A DNA stretch of 64,000 nucleotides from Tubulanus polymorphus (GCF_964204645.1 NC_134030.1:10375947-10439946); one strand, 5' to 3'; positions 41,651-55,641 are shown, numbered from the stretch's first letter. The notes: generated by a model from the letters alone, not told the origin. Numbers and translations: made by a program.

Positions 41651-42913
41651 AACTAGGGGTCCAGGGACACCATGCCCACTTGGGAAGTGGTTTCAAATGC
41701 TCAACAATCTAACAATTTCAATATTCAACGTCCCCTGGTGACCATTTACAAAAACTCACCACAATCATAGAACATGTCAGCAGCTACGATTTTGTAATTG
41801 ATTGTGATAACAAAATATGCCTCGTTACCAATTTAATATGGAAATACTAAGTCATTCTACTATTCAACGCCCCCTGGTGACCATATTCAAAACCCAATGA
41901 CCTTGAGACTCACCACAATCATAGAACATGTCATGAACTACAACTTTGCAATTGATCATGGTAACAAAATATGCCTAGGTACCAATATAATAAGGAAATA
42001 CTAAGTCATTCTACTATTCAACGCCCCCTGGTGACCATATTCAAAACCCAATGACCTTGAGACTCACCACAATCATAGAACATGTCATGAACTACAACTT
42101 TGCAATTGATCATGGTAACAAAATATGCCTAGGTACCAATATAATAAGGAAATACTAAGTTATTCTACTATTCAACGCCCCCTGGTGACCATATAGAAAA
42201 ACTTATGTCCTTAAAACTCGCAACAATCATAGATGATGTCATGAGCTACAACTTTCTAATTGATTGTGGTATCAAAATACGCTTAGGTATCAATATAATG
42301 TGGAAAAACTTTTTCCCACGTACGAATGAGTACTGGTTACACCAAGATGGCCGCCAATTGCGTCATAGTTGGCTGATGAAAATTACCTGTCTCAGGTATA
42401 AAACATCCCTTTCCAAAGAACACCCATCACAAATTGTAATGAGAAATGGCAAACCAGTAGGAAGCTACAGGACTCAGAATTCGGGCCAAAATTAACATTT
42501 TTGGGCACTAAAAAGGTCATAGGACGGCCATCTTGAGTCCGACCGACCCAATGTTTGTTATGTTGATGGGCCCTGGGGGGATTCACATATATCCGAAAGA
42601 TCAAGGTAATTGATCAAAGTGTCTTCAAAATTTCCCTCAAAAAGTTCAAAAATGTGTAAAAAGTGCTGATTTTGGCAAACAACAATGGCTGCCAGTCGGC
42701 CATCTTGATTCTGACAGGGCCAGTTTTTGGGCTGAAGATGTGTCTAGGGTAGATACATGTGTAACCCAAATATCAAGACGTTACCTTGAAGCGTCTTCAA
42801 AACTTCCCAAAATAACTGGATTCCGTCTACGGATGGACGGACGAACGGACGGACGACGGACGAAAAGTGAACGCAATAGCCCGCTGGGACTAAAGTCCCA
42901 AGTGGGCTAAAAA
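41651..42913 (-). mobile_element. Full-length Helentron-type HINE (1.26 kb) with ~120-bp tandem core
   Basis: 12-bp subterminal IR GCCCACTTGGGA (41674-85) / TCCCAAGTGGGC (42896-907), terminal hairpin, (GGAC)n microsatellite, about four 120-bp repeats, and an AA/TT insertion site. Partial copies at ~27040-27570 and ~59455-59772. Confidence 0.8.
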
Positions 42914-43408
42914 GGAAATATCCTATTTACATGTATTTGTTAAATTGCGTATTTGTCACTCCGCAATAACGATATGCTTATCAATAATATATAATATGCT
43001 TATTGCTCCATATTTGAAATCTTTTCCTTCGTATCCTTTTACTTGACAGTTACATATTGCTATCTCCCGAGGTGAAACCCTTTATCACAGTTACCTATGA
43101 ACCATTTAGGTTTTTTTTACTGCCAAGTATAGTGATAATTTATGAAGGAAATGAATTGACCGAATCGAAACAAAAAAAGAAATACAGAACTCTTTTCACT
43201 TAATTTAGATCAAATATTTGGTCCATTTAATCCCGAACCATGTAAACTATTATTTGTAATTCGGATTTTACTTAATTTGAAGACATCTGGGCGCAGTTCC
43301 TAGTCATCCAACTCAGTGAGTTATACTATAGGTATTTAACACCAATCACCATAAACTTGGTTCTAATAGTGGATGTGTACAAACGTGCCTTCAATATAAC
43401 AAGTAACA

Positions 43409-43583
43409 CAGTATAAACTCGCTTAATTCAGATCGATTTTATTCAGATTTTCACTCATTTTGGACTAAAATCTCAGTCCCCACTAGGTTATTTCTAATGA
43501 AATGAGAGCACATAATTCGGATTAGATTTAATCCGGACAAAATTTTCCAGTCACAGGTGATCCGAATTAGGCGAGTTCTACTG
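43409..43583. mobile_element. Tigger/pogo-like MITE
   Basis: CAGTATAAACTCGCTTAATTC ... GAATTAGGCGAGTTCTACTG|TA inverted ends. Confidence 0.6.
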
Positions 43584-45132
43584 TACATGTGTTAAGCCTA
43601 TCATTCGAAAAACTTCCTCACTCAGTTCTTATTAATTTGCCCTCTTCAATTTTCAGTGTCCTCTCTTTATTTCCATGCCCTTCGTGAGAATTTACTGCTA
43701 TACTCAAAACCTTTAAAACAATTTCTTTATACTTCATGGCTATTTTCCATTCTTAAGGCCTCTAATAACCGTGTGTGGACATAATCAGGGCCATACAGTG
43801 GGAGGCAGTTGCCCCCCCCAAGAAATTTTGGAAAGTGCCCTGTTTGCAAAATTATTGTTATATAAAATAGAAGTCCTTTTTCAGATTCTTGCCCCAAAAT
43901 TCAAATACTAGGTACGGCCCTGTGATGGCACAAGGGACACATGTACATACAGTGAACTGAATATGTTCATTAAAACCGATAGTTCGTAATATCCGGTATA
44001 AAATTCATCAAATTGTCTTACTATATTTGTTACTGGTATATGCGATGAATCGTTGTATCCGAGTTCGTTGTATTGAGGTTCCACCTGTCAAGGGATTCGA
44101 ACCCACTAAGCTAAAGCCATTCCCCGAACCCCTTGACCTCACGAGTCGTTGCTAGCCGACCAGAATCCGGTCGTACCAATCACAGCGCTTGTAACAAACG
44201 ACATTAGCTTCTATTGGTTTTCCCGTTTTAATTGACCAATTAGCGAACGTTTTACCGAAGTAGGAAGTATTTCGCAAATCGATATATGATGTCATGCGTA
44301 ACGGTGCCAGTAATGAAATCACGCGTCATGAGGCCAGATGGGGCTGGTGGAAGCGAGTTCAGGAGCGATACCGGACCCTGGCAAGCGAGGATGATTGAAT
44401 ATAGAGTCAGACGAGAGAAATGAAACTTATTTATACGCATCGCTTCAACGCCAGTTTAGAAAGCTAAACTTTTTATTTTTCCATCATTCATTCAAAAAAA
44501 AAAAAATTACAGCAAGGTCAATTACATTTCATTAAATTAATAATTACAAAAACCACATCTACGCTAGCTCGTTGAACCCGGGTTTCAATATACCCAGTTC
44601 CACGGTTCATGGTAAATGAACCCGGGTTTCAATGTACCCAGTTCCACGGTTCATGGTAAATTTCCAATAATTGTAGGGTTAAAATTAGTTATTCACTGAA
44701 AACTGTACTACCGTGGTTGTTACACGAAATATCAGATTAGTAACATAAATAACTACTTGAAAATAACAAAGTTTAGTAACAACCGGTCGGCTTTTTTACG
44801 TTTTCGCGCGAACACCTGCTGCAAAGATCTATGTACTCGTTGAGAACCGTCCAAATACATTTTGAGTAGTAGTCACGACGGACGGTGCAACAGCAGCGGC
44901 AGCAGGCAAGCAGAGATCTTCATACCGTCCACGTATGTTAATTCGTCAGTCGACAACATCTGGCGACGAACAAGGTCAAATGCGTATTATTGATAGGCGC
45001 ACGAGCAATTCGAAATCGAAACATTTTCTACCAGTTGACGAAGAGACATCAGCGACGTCTAGATATACCGCTATATGTTTATATATACAAGAAGTGTCAA
45101 TGGAGCACATGAACTAACGCGTGCGGTTATTC

Positions 45133-45210
45133 TCAAGGAAACCCGTCGAAGTCCTCGTCGGCGATTTCCTTAGCGCTTTCTAACTCTTGTTGCTCTCTTT
45201 CTCGCCGATC
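45133..45210 (-). CDS. PSMD3: PSMD3 exon 10 (last)
   Basis: Reads DRREREQQELESAKEIADEDFDGFP*. Candidate AATAAA on - at ~44472-44477. Confidence 0.92.
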   Translation of the reverse strand, partial: DRREREQQELESAKEIADEDFDGFP

Positions 45211-47349
45211 CTACAAGAAAAGAATTACGATCGAAATTATCGACGGTTAGGTTTTTATACGAATTCCGGCGCTGTTGCACGCGGGTTAACTGTTCGATCT
45301 TTGATCAGTCATTCTACGAACACGCGGAATAACGAAGTCCATTATAACGCCCGTGGTCGCTCTTAATGCTAAAAATCTTTCCGAGAACGCGAATATACAC
45401 CAAATCTAACCGGAATCTTACCATAATCAAATTTGTAACTTTTCTGATATTTCCCCGACTCTTCACCATATTTCCATGATAGAATTAGAAGTTATTCTAA
45501 GTGGGGCTCATTTCTTCTGAAAAGGTTCTTGTACAACTTGTACCACTCTTTGTACCGCCAGCAAGGATGAATACAAGACACCAGGACATCAAAATTCCCT
45601 AATTTTGCCCCAACTTTGAACGAGTCGAGAGTTCCCTGATTCCCGCAGGCAAAAAGTAAATCTGTATCTGTAAGATCGGCGAAATTTTCTGAGTCCCGAT
45701 GGTGGTGTTATAACAGACTTCAGGTGTAATACTAATTTGAATTTTTGATTCTTTCAACGACCTCCAGCTATTTAGCTAACAAATGGATGAAACCTTGAGG
45801 AAAATTGAAAAATATTCGCACTAATCGAAAATTGCCATTTTAGTATACCGGTACTCAAATACGATAAACCTTTTCATCCAGATCAGATTCTTCTTAGCAA
45901 GGAAATTTCATTTAATACTTTTACAATCAATTCAAACACGAACTGAGTTTTTATTAGTGCTATTAATCAAAAGTAATAAATAAGTTACTTTTATTAGAAC
46001 GCAATGAACGGATGAAAAAATAATAGAGATTTTCGACGACGGCCTACCAAAATAAATCATACGCACCATCGATCTAGGTAAAGAATACATATTGAACTTT
46101 ACGAAATGGCATAAAATTACTGATAGCGTTTCATGATAATAAAAAAATATATTTCACTGAATATTTCTAGATATTGATTAAGGAAAAGCCATTTAATGTC
46201 TTTTGGCCACATTACACGGTAGACATCGCTTGCGCAGTTTGCAACCTGGAACTGACCCTCACAGACATACTCTTCAACCATTATTCCAGTTTCTGATCAT
46301 CCAAGCTTTCAGAAGTTCACCTCAACAAGATATTTTAGATTGAAAATGAACTTATGAATGAACTAAATGCACATTATATCATTTTTGTCACCACACTTTC
46401 AATTAGTGATCAAGACTTCACACTTCTGAAAGGTTTCAATTGTACTCTTCTACTCTTTTTTCTTTGCATTCATTTCGACCAAAATACGCTTTACCTATTT
46501 CAGGGTTCCAGTTGCTCAAAAGTTGGTTAAGAGTTAATCCTTTCAGTGCACCTACACCACAGTGGGATGTATAAATCGGTGGATTTCGCTAGTACACCGC
46601 ATCTTGGTGCGTGGATGTTATCAGTAATTAGTTGGTTGTCATCTTTAATGAAAGATGGCAACGTCTGTCAAATGTATAGTGAAATATTAGTAACTAACGA
46701 TACACTGCAACGCGATGTAGAAGCACCGAAACGGTACGCATGTTATTCCCCACACTGCGGTGGAATTTCATAAAATTTTCAATCTCATACATCTCTGTCA
46801 CTTTCAGTATCAATAAGTCAGCATTGTAAGGGTTAACCAGCGGATAAATACCATAGTGAAAATTGAATTTGCTTTGTTACGAGGTTATTTGTCCACCAGT
46901 TTAACTCCACTAACCAACTTTTGGGCAACCAGCCTCAGAACAGCGTAATCTGTTAACCAGACAGTAAGCCTGTAAAGAGTTTCTAAAGTTCTGGATTTGC
47001 CATCCCTAAACCAGAATGCATTTGATTGAAACCTGGCTTAAATGTCAGAGGCGAATATCTGAATGAATGGGGTGGTTCCAGGTAGCAGCAGCTGAGCGGA
47101 ATTGTTTGACATGCTTGTTTGTCGGACAGAACACACTTTTTGTATACAAGAATATTTCAACAAATATCTGAGTGCATTAAGATTAACTGTATCAGCCATC
47201 TTTAAGTGAAGTGTCACATAGATTTTGGGAATTTGCGACACTATGTTCTCATTTTAAAATATTGGGTGGTCGAGAAAATATGGTTGCGCGACATTATAAG
47301 GGAGAATAGATCGAAAATCATTCATTAGTTTTCCATTTCTCTTTCTTAC

Positions 47350-47400
47350 CTCGGCTGATTCTAAATCCTTATTGTACGACTTCGGTGGAAACCTCATAGC
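47350..47400 (-). CDS. PSMD3: PSMD3 exon 9
   Basis: Reads AMRFPPKSYNKDLESAE; bounded by CAG/GTAAG. Confidence 0.93.
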
Positions 47401-47681
47401 CTGAAACAGAGACGATCGTCATAATTAGTTCATTTACTACGAGCAAACTCAGTGGATCCTCACTTGCCACAAGTGGAATCGTTGATTGGTCCCCCATAAT
47501 ACGGTCAGATTGCACGGGTGGCCACTTTCCTCTCAAATCCCCTGATTTATTTATGTGATAACACGCAAAATTCCCTGAGTGAATCAGAGAAATTTTTCGG
47601 TTTAAAATGTAACAATTCATTCATTTTTCAATGAGTCTCGAACTGGTAAAGTAACACGAATCAGGGATGATTCATTTATAA

Positions 47682-48303
47682 CCGTATTTTCCGGCCAATA
47701 AGCCGACTCGGCCAATAAGCCGAGGGCAGTTTTTTAGCCTAAAATACATGGATTTCATAAAGCTTCGCCCAATAAGCCGAGGCCCTTCATCAGAGATTTT
47801 AATTCACTGATTTGTCAATTAGTTCGTCTTTGACGATTTAAGAGGCTGACAGTAGCGCCCGCCGATGTGTGAGAGTGCTGTGTATACTATCATCGCCGAG
47901 TGACTGTGCTATATATAGACTCACTCAGCTGATTACTATACACACAGCCATACAAGCAGTACTCGGCTCACTGCTGATTTGCATATATACTAATGTATGA
48001 ACTGACACGTGGTAGTACGATGAACTCGTGTGTTATATAAATGTATACCATTGCCGCTGTGCGGTGATGGAACAATCAAAGTAAAAATAAAATAGTTCAA
48101 AATAGATTATAATTGGTAGTAAATAATGACCTCAAATAAATATCGACCACTTTTCTTGATTTTGACGATCATTGAGAGCATATGAGTAGCATAGATCAGG
48201 AAGTGATTTTTTATGTCAGATCGTATCCGCCCAATAAGCCGATCACGATATTTTGGGTAAAAATCTAAGGCTAGAAAATCGGCTTATTGGCCAGAAAATA
48301 CGG
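47682..48303. mobile_element. Tc1/mariner (Tc2/pogo-type) MITE
   Basis: 25-bp TIRs CCGTATTTTC(C/T)GGCCAATAAGCCGA, with TA at the right end. Confidence 0.8.
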
Positions 48304-49011
48304 TACATACACATACAATTTGAATTTTTCATCATTCCCCCCCATGTACCCCAAAATCAGTCATTTTTTATCACATTAAGCATTATAGCATGTAATTGCA
48401 CTGACCCCTCCCCTTCCCCAAGTGTGTATGTAATAAATGAATGACCCCTCATCCGAATTGTCAAATTCCCCGAGTTTTCCTACATTTTTCTGGATTCTAG
48501 GACAAATGCCCCCCCCCCCGAATAAAATCCCTTTTGATTTGGATTAACACCACCTAAATACTTTACTTAGAAATTCATTTGCATATTATTGAATATAGAT
48601 TTATAAGATATAGAATTACTGATGTTGTGTGCAGATCAAAAACTTTAAATCAGCCCTTGTGTAATCATAATTCACTTACCAAATTAAGTTAACTTAAACT
48701 TAATAAGTCCACTCATTAGTGCATTAGTTAACGTTGGCGGATTTATTGGAATTCGTTTTAGAGTTTCTTTAGCCAATCAAAAACTTCAAAGCAGTCCTAA
48801 TTAGTTAGAATTAGTTCACTTTGTCTAATTAATTTGAAATAAATATCAGTGTTACTTTAAGATTAAAAAGATTTAATTTGGAGGGGCAATTGTCCGGGGG
48901 CAGTTGTCCGGGGGGGCAATTGTCCTGATCCCTTTTTTCTGATTCCCCCCCCGAGTATGGCAGGTTTTCCAGGTCAGCAGCCACACTGCGGTTGCACACG
49001 TTGAAACTTAC

Positions 49012-49167
49012 TTTGACCGACTGATTATGTATATCTAGACAGAATGTGATTCGCTGATGGAAGGCGGCCATCGGTTCACGCGTACTGTATATATCGATGT
49101 TCTCTTTTGACTGTACGTAGCCCTTCTCGTGGTCGATGGTAGCTTCGATCACTCCATCACGAATTGC
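49012..49167 (-). CDS. PSMD3: PSMD3 exon 8
   Basis: Reads [22 protein letters not shown]...[18 protein letters not shown]. Confidence 0.95.
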
Positions 49168-49635
49168 CTGTAACAAAAACATAAACGAATGTTATCATCG
49201 TCCACTTCAAGGATTTGTACGTACGTAGTAACAGGCGACGTGATCACACAAACATTTTCAATCAAGGCCAAACATTAACACGGGTGCCAAATGGCCGGTG
49301 CTGGTTTTATGACCAAAACCTAATTATAGCGAGGGTCAAATTATTGTGCATGAATTGCAACTGGTTCTTGAAGTGACTCACTGCGCTTTTTCATAGCATT
49401 TGTTTAGTATCGAGTGAGCAGTTTAATTAGTGGTCTAATTAGGCACGGGCTAAATTTTACTTTGGTCTGATCCGGCTATAGCATATCCTTGTCTTAAAAT
49501 GAAACCAATAAAAATAATAATAAATAATAATCAATCATAATTCACTGTATCTATCTACAGCTTTGGCACCACCTGACTTTTTTTTTCAGCCAACTGCATA
49601 AGTCTAGACATACGTGTCACCTACAAACCACGCAC

Positions 49636-49859
49636 CTTAGCTACGATGAATTCGGCATCTTCCGGACTATCCAGTTGTAATTTCTGAGCAATATCGGACA
49701 GAGAAATCCTTGAGTACGACAGATTGATCATTCGGACGCCCGTTTTGATGACGTTATGGCGTAATCTGATGATCAACGTATATGTGTGCTCAGCCTGGAA
49801 CTTCGCTCCGAATTTCTCCAACACTTCGTTGAACTTTGCCAAATTACCAGTGCGCACAG
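49636..49859 (-). CDS. PSMD3: PSMD3 exon 7 (PCI domain)
   Basis: Reads [15 protein letters not shown]...[23 protein letters not shown]...AEFIVAK. Confidence 0.95.
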
Positions 49860-50569
49860 CTGAAAACATATAATCAAACGATTTTACCACATAGCCAATC
49901 ATCACAAGAGGCACATTAGAGATTAATTTATTTCTCTACTTGGGTGTTTAATAGTCATTGATAGATGATGTATTGAAAAGTTCATTCGATTTTGATTGAA
50001 TTATAAGGAAGCATCCCTACAGATCAGTCGCTACTGGACATGAGGAGTTTTGATGGGAGAAAATTTCATATTTCAAGGAAGCTCCTGCATCACTTTTAAA
50101 TCCCTATTATGATAGAATACACCTATATCGGTACTGTTTATATCGGTAAACCGCTTATTTGTTGGTTTTATATCCACATTTTTATCTTTGACGCGTTTAA
50201 CAAGGTTTCTTCTTTAAGGTTACAAAAAGATCCTGGTTCCAACTTTACTGATCTAGGCGTAGTCTAATGTACGACTTCCTAAGTATCTTTTTTCGATTTT
50301 CTAAAAATTGAACGAGTTTACAAGGAGCTTCCAACATTTTACTAAAATTAAGTTGAGTTTCAAGCAATTCAAGAGCATTTTCCATCTAGAAGGAGTTTTT
50401 ATGGAATCAAGTAGTCCTATGGACCCTGTGTAGACGAAATTGAAGCGTGGGTAATGGTGTATCTACTAGTGCAACTAGCGGAAAACAGATTGCAACAGTA
50501 GCATTGCCGGTAGTCGTTTCATATTTCATTTTACTTTTTCAAACGAGTTCGGACATTTTTTTTGTCTAC

Positions 50570-50788
50570 CTTGAGTAAGCTGGAAGTACGGAGCTAGCGT
50601 TTTCTTCAACGACGTCTGTCTGAATACGGAGCGTTCAGGAATTTCCCCCAGCAACAATTCGACGACGATGAGAACTTTCTGAACGGTTTGTTTGAATCCG
50701 ACGGCCGTCTGCTGCGGCGCTTTCCTCATCGCCGTCAGTAAGTGTTTATGAGCCTCCGAGTACTCCAACTGCATAGCTTTGATTCTTC
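50570..50788 (-). CDS. PSMD3: PSMD3 exon 6
   Basis: Reads [13 protein letters not shown]...[15 protein letters not shown]...[10 protein letters not shown]...PYFQLTQ. Confidence 0.95.
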
Positions 50789-51407
50789 CTAGAATATGGA
50801 AATAACATCGATGATACACTATATCTTCATTACCAGTACCCGTCACAGTGGCCACTTTCTGCTATTTACCGCCCCCTGTTTCCCTTTTTTTCATATATTT
50901 TCATCATTCATCATTTATGAAATTTGAGAAATCATGGCTCTAAGTTTCAATTGAATTTGAGAAATCTGGCATCGTTGTCTAATGGACATTGTTGGCATTT
51001 TCGCCTTGCTACAGGCAAAATCCTTTATTGCGCTTATCGACTGCGGTGTCCTCATTAACACTTTCATTGTGTTTACACCATAGCGCGGTGTATAGATCAA
51101 TGATGACCTTTGCTAGTACACCGCGTATTAATCACAGTGTATTATTACTAATACATGTAGTTATTAGTTTCTATCTCCACTAAAAGATCACAGCACTGTA
51201 AAACGCAGTGAAATATTAGTACCTGACGATACACCGCACTACGGTGTAGATGCACTATTATAGCGGTATGCCAGCTAATCAACACACTTAAAAATTTTCA
51301 AATTGTCTCCAGCAATTTTGGGTGTCAATTAGTCAGCACTGAGAGGGTTAAGTGAAAGTTCTTGTATATCAGACAGTACATAGGTCTTGTATATCCCGGT
51401 TTCTTAC

Positions 51408-51598
51408 CTATGTAGTAAAGATATCTGGCCCAGTCGTTGTTCGACACGCTTTCCGGATACGTCGATTTCGAAATCAGCTTGTCGGCTTGATCGTACAGGT
51501 TGAAGTGTAGGTAGTTTCGCAACAGCAAATTCAGGATCATCGCTTGTCCCTCGAAGTCCGACCTCAACGTGCACGTGCGAAGTCGCGAGTGTAAAAAA
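51408..51598 (-). CDS. PSMD3: PSMD3 exon 5
   Basis: Reads [19 protein letters not shown]...[18 protein letters not shown]...WARYLYY. Confidence 0.95.
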
Positions 51599-52038
51599 CT
51601 GCAACGAGAAAAGATGCGTATTTTAAAGACCTTGAGATTCAAAACCATTATTTTTGTTTATATAAAATAGATACTCATTGCGAGTTACCTAAGGAGGCCA
51701 GAAAATCTGGGACCAGTTGGTGAAAATATGTTTAAGAGTTGACCAGTGGATAGTTGATGGACAGTGAAAATTATATTTCATTGTTACTATGGTATTTATC
51801 CGCTGGCTATCTTTAACAAACATTTGAGCAACTGGTCCCGGATCATTATAACTGATAGTAGTTACTTGTATTCAGTATGAAAAGAGTTAAAAATATCTAA
51901 TATCTGATATGTTGTTGTACCCAAGTCCGTTACAACAAGGAAAAAGCTTCTTTTCACCGCTGATCCTCAACCCAATGAAGTCATATATACTGAGTATACA
52001 TTCCCAACGCTAATGAGTAATACAGAGCCAAGCTCTTC

Positions 52039-52104
52039 GCATTCAGTCCGTCCTAATGTTCAACCATAGTCTTTAACTCAACACATCAACTATCATCATA
52101 TGCA
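52039..52104 (-). ncRNA. Box C/D snoRNA family A, diverged copy
   Basis: ATGATGA...CTGA boxes retained; several substitutions relative to the other copies. Confidence 0.55.
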
Positions 52105-52479
52105 GGAGTGAGGTATCACATGAGTTGATTTATGTCTTGTATTTATGCACACAGTACTTTCAATAGAAAATAATTCTAACATATTATTTTCAGCATTGGA
52201 ATAAAATGGTTTCTAATCTTTCCATTTTCAATTGGAAAATATGACAATTAACGATTTATTGTGTCCAAAGTGTATTCAATCATTCCAATGGGGGTATCCA
52301 AGTGTTACTCATACAGATGTCGACCCCGAAAAAATCACACAATTTTCTAAGGCCAAAATCCAACTTTTACTCAAGCACGGCAGTTATTACTAAGTGTTAT
52401 TTGAAAACTTTATTACTGATAGCCCTTTATCACTGAGGTAAGATGTAGAAGGCATATATGGCCTTTACAGTCATACTTT

Positions 52480-52548
52480 TTGCATCAGTCCGTCCTAGTG
52501 TTCAATCATAAGTTTTTAACTCAACACATCAACTGTCATCATATGCAA
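52480..52548 (-). ncRNA. Box C/D snoRNA family A
   Basis: TTGCA-T-ATGATGA...TTGA...ATGATT...ACTAGGACGGA-CTGA-TGCAA: C, D', C' and D boxes plus a terminal stem. Confidence 0.75.
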
Positions 52549-52907
52549 GAGTGACGAGGTATCGCATGAGGTGATTCATAAAATTGTAAATATTGTACGC
52601 GGTACTTTCAATAGAAAATGATTCAAATATTCTTTTAAGCGATGGAATAAAACGGTTTGATAATCTTTCCTTTTTATTCATTGGAAAATATGACAATTTA
52701 CTGGAGTGTGCAAAGTAGGCCTATGTGGAGACGATTAAAAAATCTAATTTAAAATTGGATGTCTTTTTAATCACTGGAATGAATTACATAGTTTAAAGTT
52801 GTCGGTTTACGGGGTATAAAGAATGGTCTATCATGTGAACGTTATAAGTTTCTACCACCAACCACCCACCAGATAATAATCTCAGAATTTTCAGTAGTAA
52901 AATCGTT

Positions 52908-53002
52908 GCTTGCATCAGATAAGCTATGTAAGCAATTTTATTCATTGTGTTCTGGTGATACACTCCCATAAGAGGTGTCAATTTAAATCATCATTTGCAA
53001 GC
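52908..53002 (-). ncRNA. Box C/D snoRNA family B
   Basis: GCTTGCA-A-ATGATGA...CAGA...ATGAATA...CTGA-TGCAAGC, with a 7-bp terminal stem. Confidence 0.75.
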
Positions 53003-53510
53003 GGAACAACAAAATTATTCTAATAAGGGTGTCTGAGTGTCGATAGCAGGGGCAGAACCAGGGGGATTTGTGAGACTTGTACAACTCTACTTGTACTTAA
53101 ATTTTCTTAGTGCCTTTTTTCATTTTGTCAACAAAGATTATTAATAACTATGCATTTCAGTGCAGTAGTGCCACTTTTATTGCCTTTTTGGACATGAAAA
53201 TGCCTTTTTGGATATGACAAGTTCTTCTAAACTGGCCCCTCAGTGGAGGAGTAAACCTATATTGCATTTTTGGACATGAAAGCTCCATTTGGGATGCGAC
53301 AAGTCCTTCAAAATTTGCCTCAGGATCTGCCCCTGGAAAGATGCTGACCCGGAAAAAATCACCTGTTTTTTTTTCGGTCTAAAATTTGACTAACTTGCCT
53401 ATAGTGTAAAGTGGTTATTTCAAAGTGTCATTTGAAAGCTTTATCACTGATAGCACTTTATCACTGAAAGTAAGATGTAGAGGGCATATGGCCTTTACAA
53501 CCACACTTTT

Positions 53511-53577
53511 AGCATCAGTCCGTCCTAGTGTTCAATCATAGTTTTTAACTCAACACATCAAATGTCATCATATGCAA
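53511..53577 (-). ncRNA. Box C/D snoRNA family A
   Basis: Same boxes and guide as the other A copies. Confidence 0.75.
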
Positions 53578-53913
53578 GAGTGAAGTATCACATGAGGAGA
53601 TCTATTGCAAATATTGTACGCAGAAAATGATACAAATATTCTTTTTTTTAACAATGGAATAAAATTGTTTTTAATCTTTCCCTTTTCCATTGGAAAATAT
53701 GACAATTTATAATTCACTGTGTACAAAATATGTACTGGTAATCAAACAATCCCAGTTAATTGGATGCTTTTTAATCACTGGAGTGAATTACATAATAATT
53801 TAAAGTTGTAGGTTTTCAGGGTATAAAGATTGGTCTATCGTGTGAACATTGAGTAGCTACCTTAAACCACCCACCAGAAGAGAATGTCAGAATTTTTCAG
53901 TAGTTAAATCATT

Positions 53914-54008
53914 ACTTGCATCAGATAAGCTATGTAAGCAATTTTATTCATAGTGTTCTGATGATACACTCCCATAAGAGGTGTCAATTCAAATCATCAT
54001 TTGCAAGC
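53914..54008 (-). ncRNA. Box C/D snoRNA family B
   Basis: Same boxes and stem as the other B copies. Confidence 0.75.
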
Positions 54009-54412
54009 GGAACAACGTTATTCATACCGTATATTCAATCATTCTAATGGGGGTATCCGAGTGGGGACTTGGGACCAGGGGGACTTGTGAGGCTTGTACA
54101 AGTCAATCAATTTTTTCAAGTGCCCTTTTTTATTTTGCCAACGAAGAAAATAGTGCATTTCAGTGCGATAGTTCCCCTGCTATTGCCTTAATGGACATAA
54201 AGGTCACATTTGGGATGTGACAAGTCCTTTGAAATTCGCCCCTGGATAGACATCGACCCCCAAAAAATCACCAATTTTTTTCGGTCCAAAATTAGACTTT
54301 ACCTGAGCATACAGTAGTTATTTCAAAGAATCATTTGAAAACTTTATCACCGATAGCACTTTATCACTGAAAGTATGATGTAGAGGGCGCATGGCCTTTA
54401 CAGCCACAATTT

Positions 54413-54480
54413 TTGCATCAGTCCGTCCTAGTGTTCAATCATAGTTTTTAACTCAACACATCAACTGTCATCATTTGCAA
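54413..54480 (-). ncRNA. Box C/D snoRNA family A
   Basis: Same boxes and guide. Confidence 0.75.
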
Positions 54481-54769
54481 GAGTGACGAGGTATCGCATG
54501 AGGTATGCAATACTTTCAATAGAAAATGATTCAAATATGGTTTTTAATCTTTCCTTTTTCCATAGGAAAATATCACGATTTACTGAGTCCAAAGTATGCA
54601 CTGGAAATTTAATGATCCCAATCGATTGGATACCTTTAATCACTGGAATGAATTACATAGTTTAAAGTCGTAGGTTTAGAGGGTATAAAGAGTGGTCTAT
54701 CATATGAACGTCGAGTACCCCAACCACCGACCGAAAAAGAATTGCAGAATTTTCAGTAGTTAAATCATT

Positions 54770-54864
54770 TCTTGCATCAGATAAGCTATGTAAGCTATTT
54801 TATTCATTGTGTTCTGATGATACACTACCATAAGAGGTGTCAATTCAAATCATCATTTGCAAGC
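54770..54864 (-). ncRNA. Box C/D snoRNA family B
   Basis: Same boxes and stem. Confidence 0.72.
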
Positions 54865-55185
54865 GGAACAACAAGGACACCAAACATTTTTGGGTGCCCT
54901 TTTCTCTTGTCAACAAAGATAGTCAGTTCATTTCAGTGGGGGAGTATGCCTTATGTTTTTCTTGTGGACACAAAAGTGCCCTTTTGGGATGTGACAAGTC
55001 CTGCAAAATTTGTCCCGGAATTCGCCCCTGGATAGATGTCAACCCTAAAAAAAGTCACCTGATTTTTTTCGGTTCAAAATTTGACTCTTACATGAGTATA
55101 TATGGTAGTTATTTCAAAGTATCATTTGAAAACTGTATCACTGAAGTAAGATGTAGGCTGCATTTGGCCTTAACATCCACACTTT

Positions 55186-55253
55186 TTGCATCAGTCCGTC
55201 CTAGTGTTCAATCATAGTTTCTAACTCAACACATCAAATGTCATCATATGCAA
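55186..55253 (-). ncRNA. Box C/D snoRNA family A
   Basis: Same boxes and guide. Confidence 0.75.
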
Positions 55254-55573
55254 GAGTGAGGTACCATATGAGGGATTTATATATTGTTTATACTGTATGA
55301 GTATTAACTTGGTTCTTGGTGTAATGATGCACGGTATCATTACACGATATAAGAACTAGTAAAACTCCATAATCAAGAACAAAAACGAGATTTGTAGATA
55401 GTCCTTGGTATACGCAAGCAAGACTCCAATATAGAGATAGATAGTCATATCAATTTCAACAATTTGGTCGAATATAATTTTTAACTACTAACAGCCGTTA
55501 TCTTGCAAACTGTGAGCCCTTTATTACTGAGGTAAGATGTGGAAGGCATGTGTGGCCTTTACAGTCATACTTT

Positions 55574-55641
55574 TTGCATCAGTCCGTCCTAGTGTTCAAT
55601 CATAGTTTTTGACTCAACACTTCAACTGTCATCATATGCAA
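55574..55641 (-). ncRNA. Box C/D snoRNA family A
   Basis: Same boxes and guide. Confidence 0.72.
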
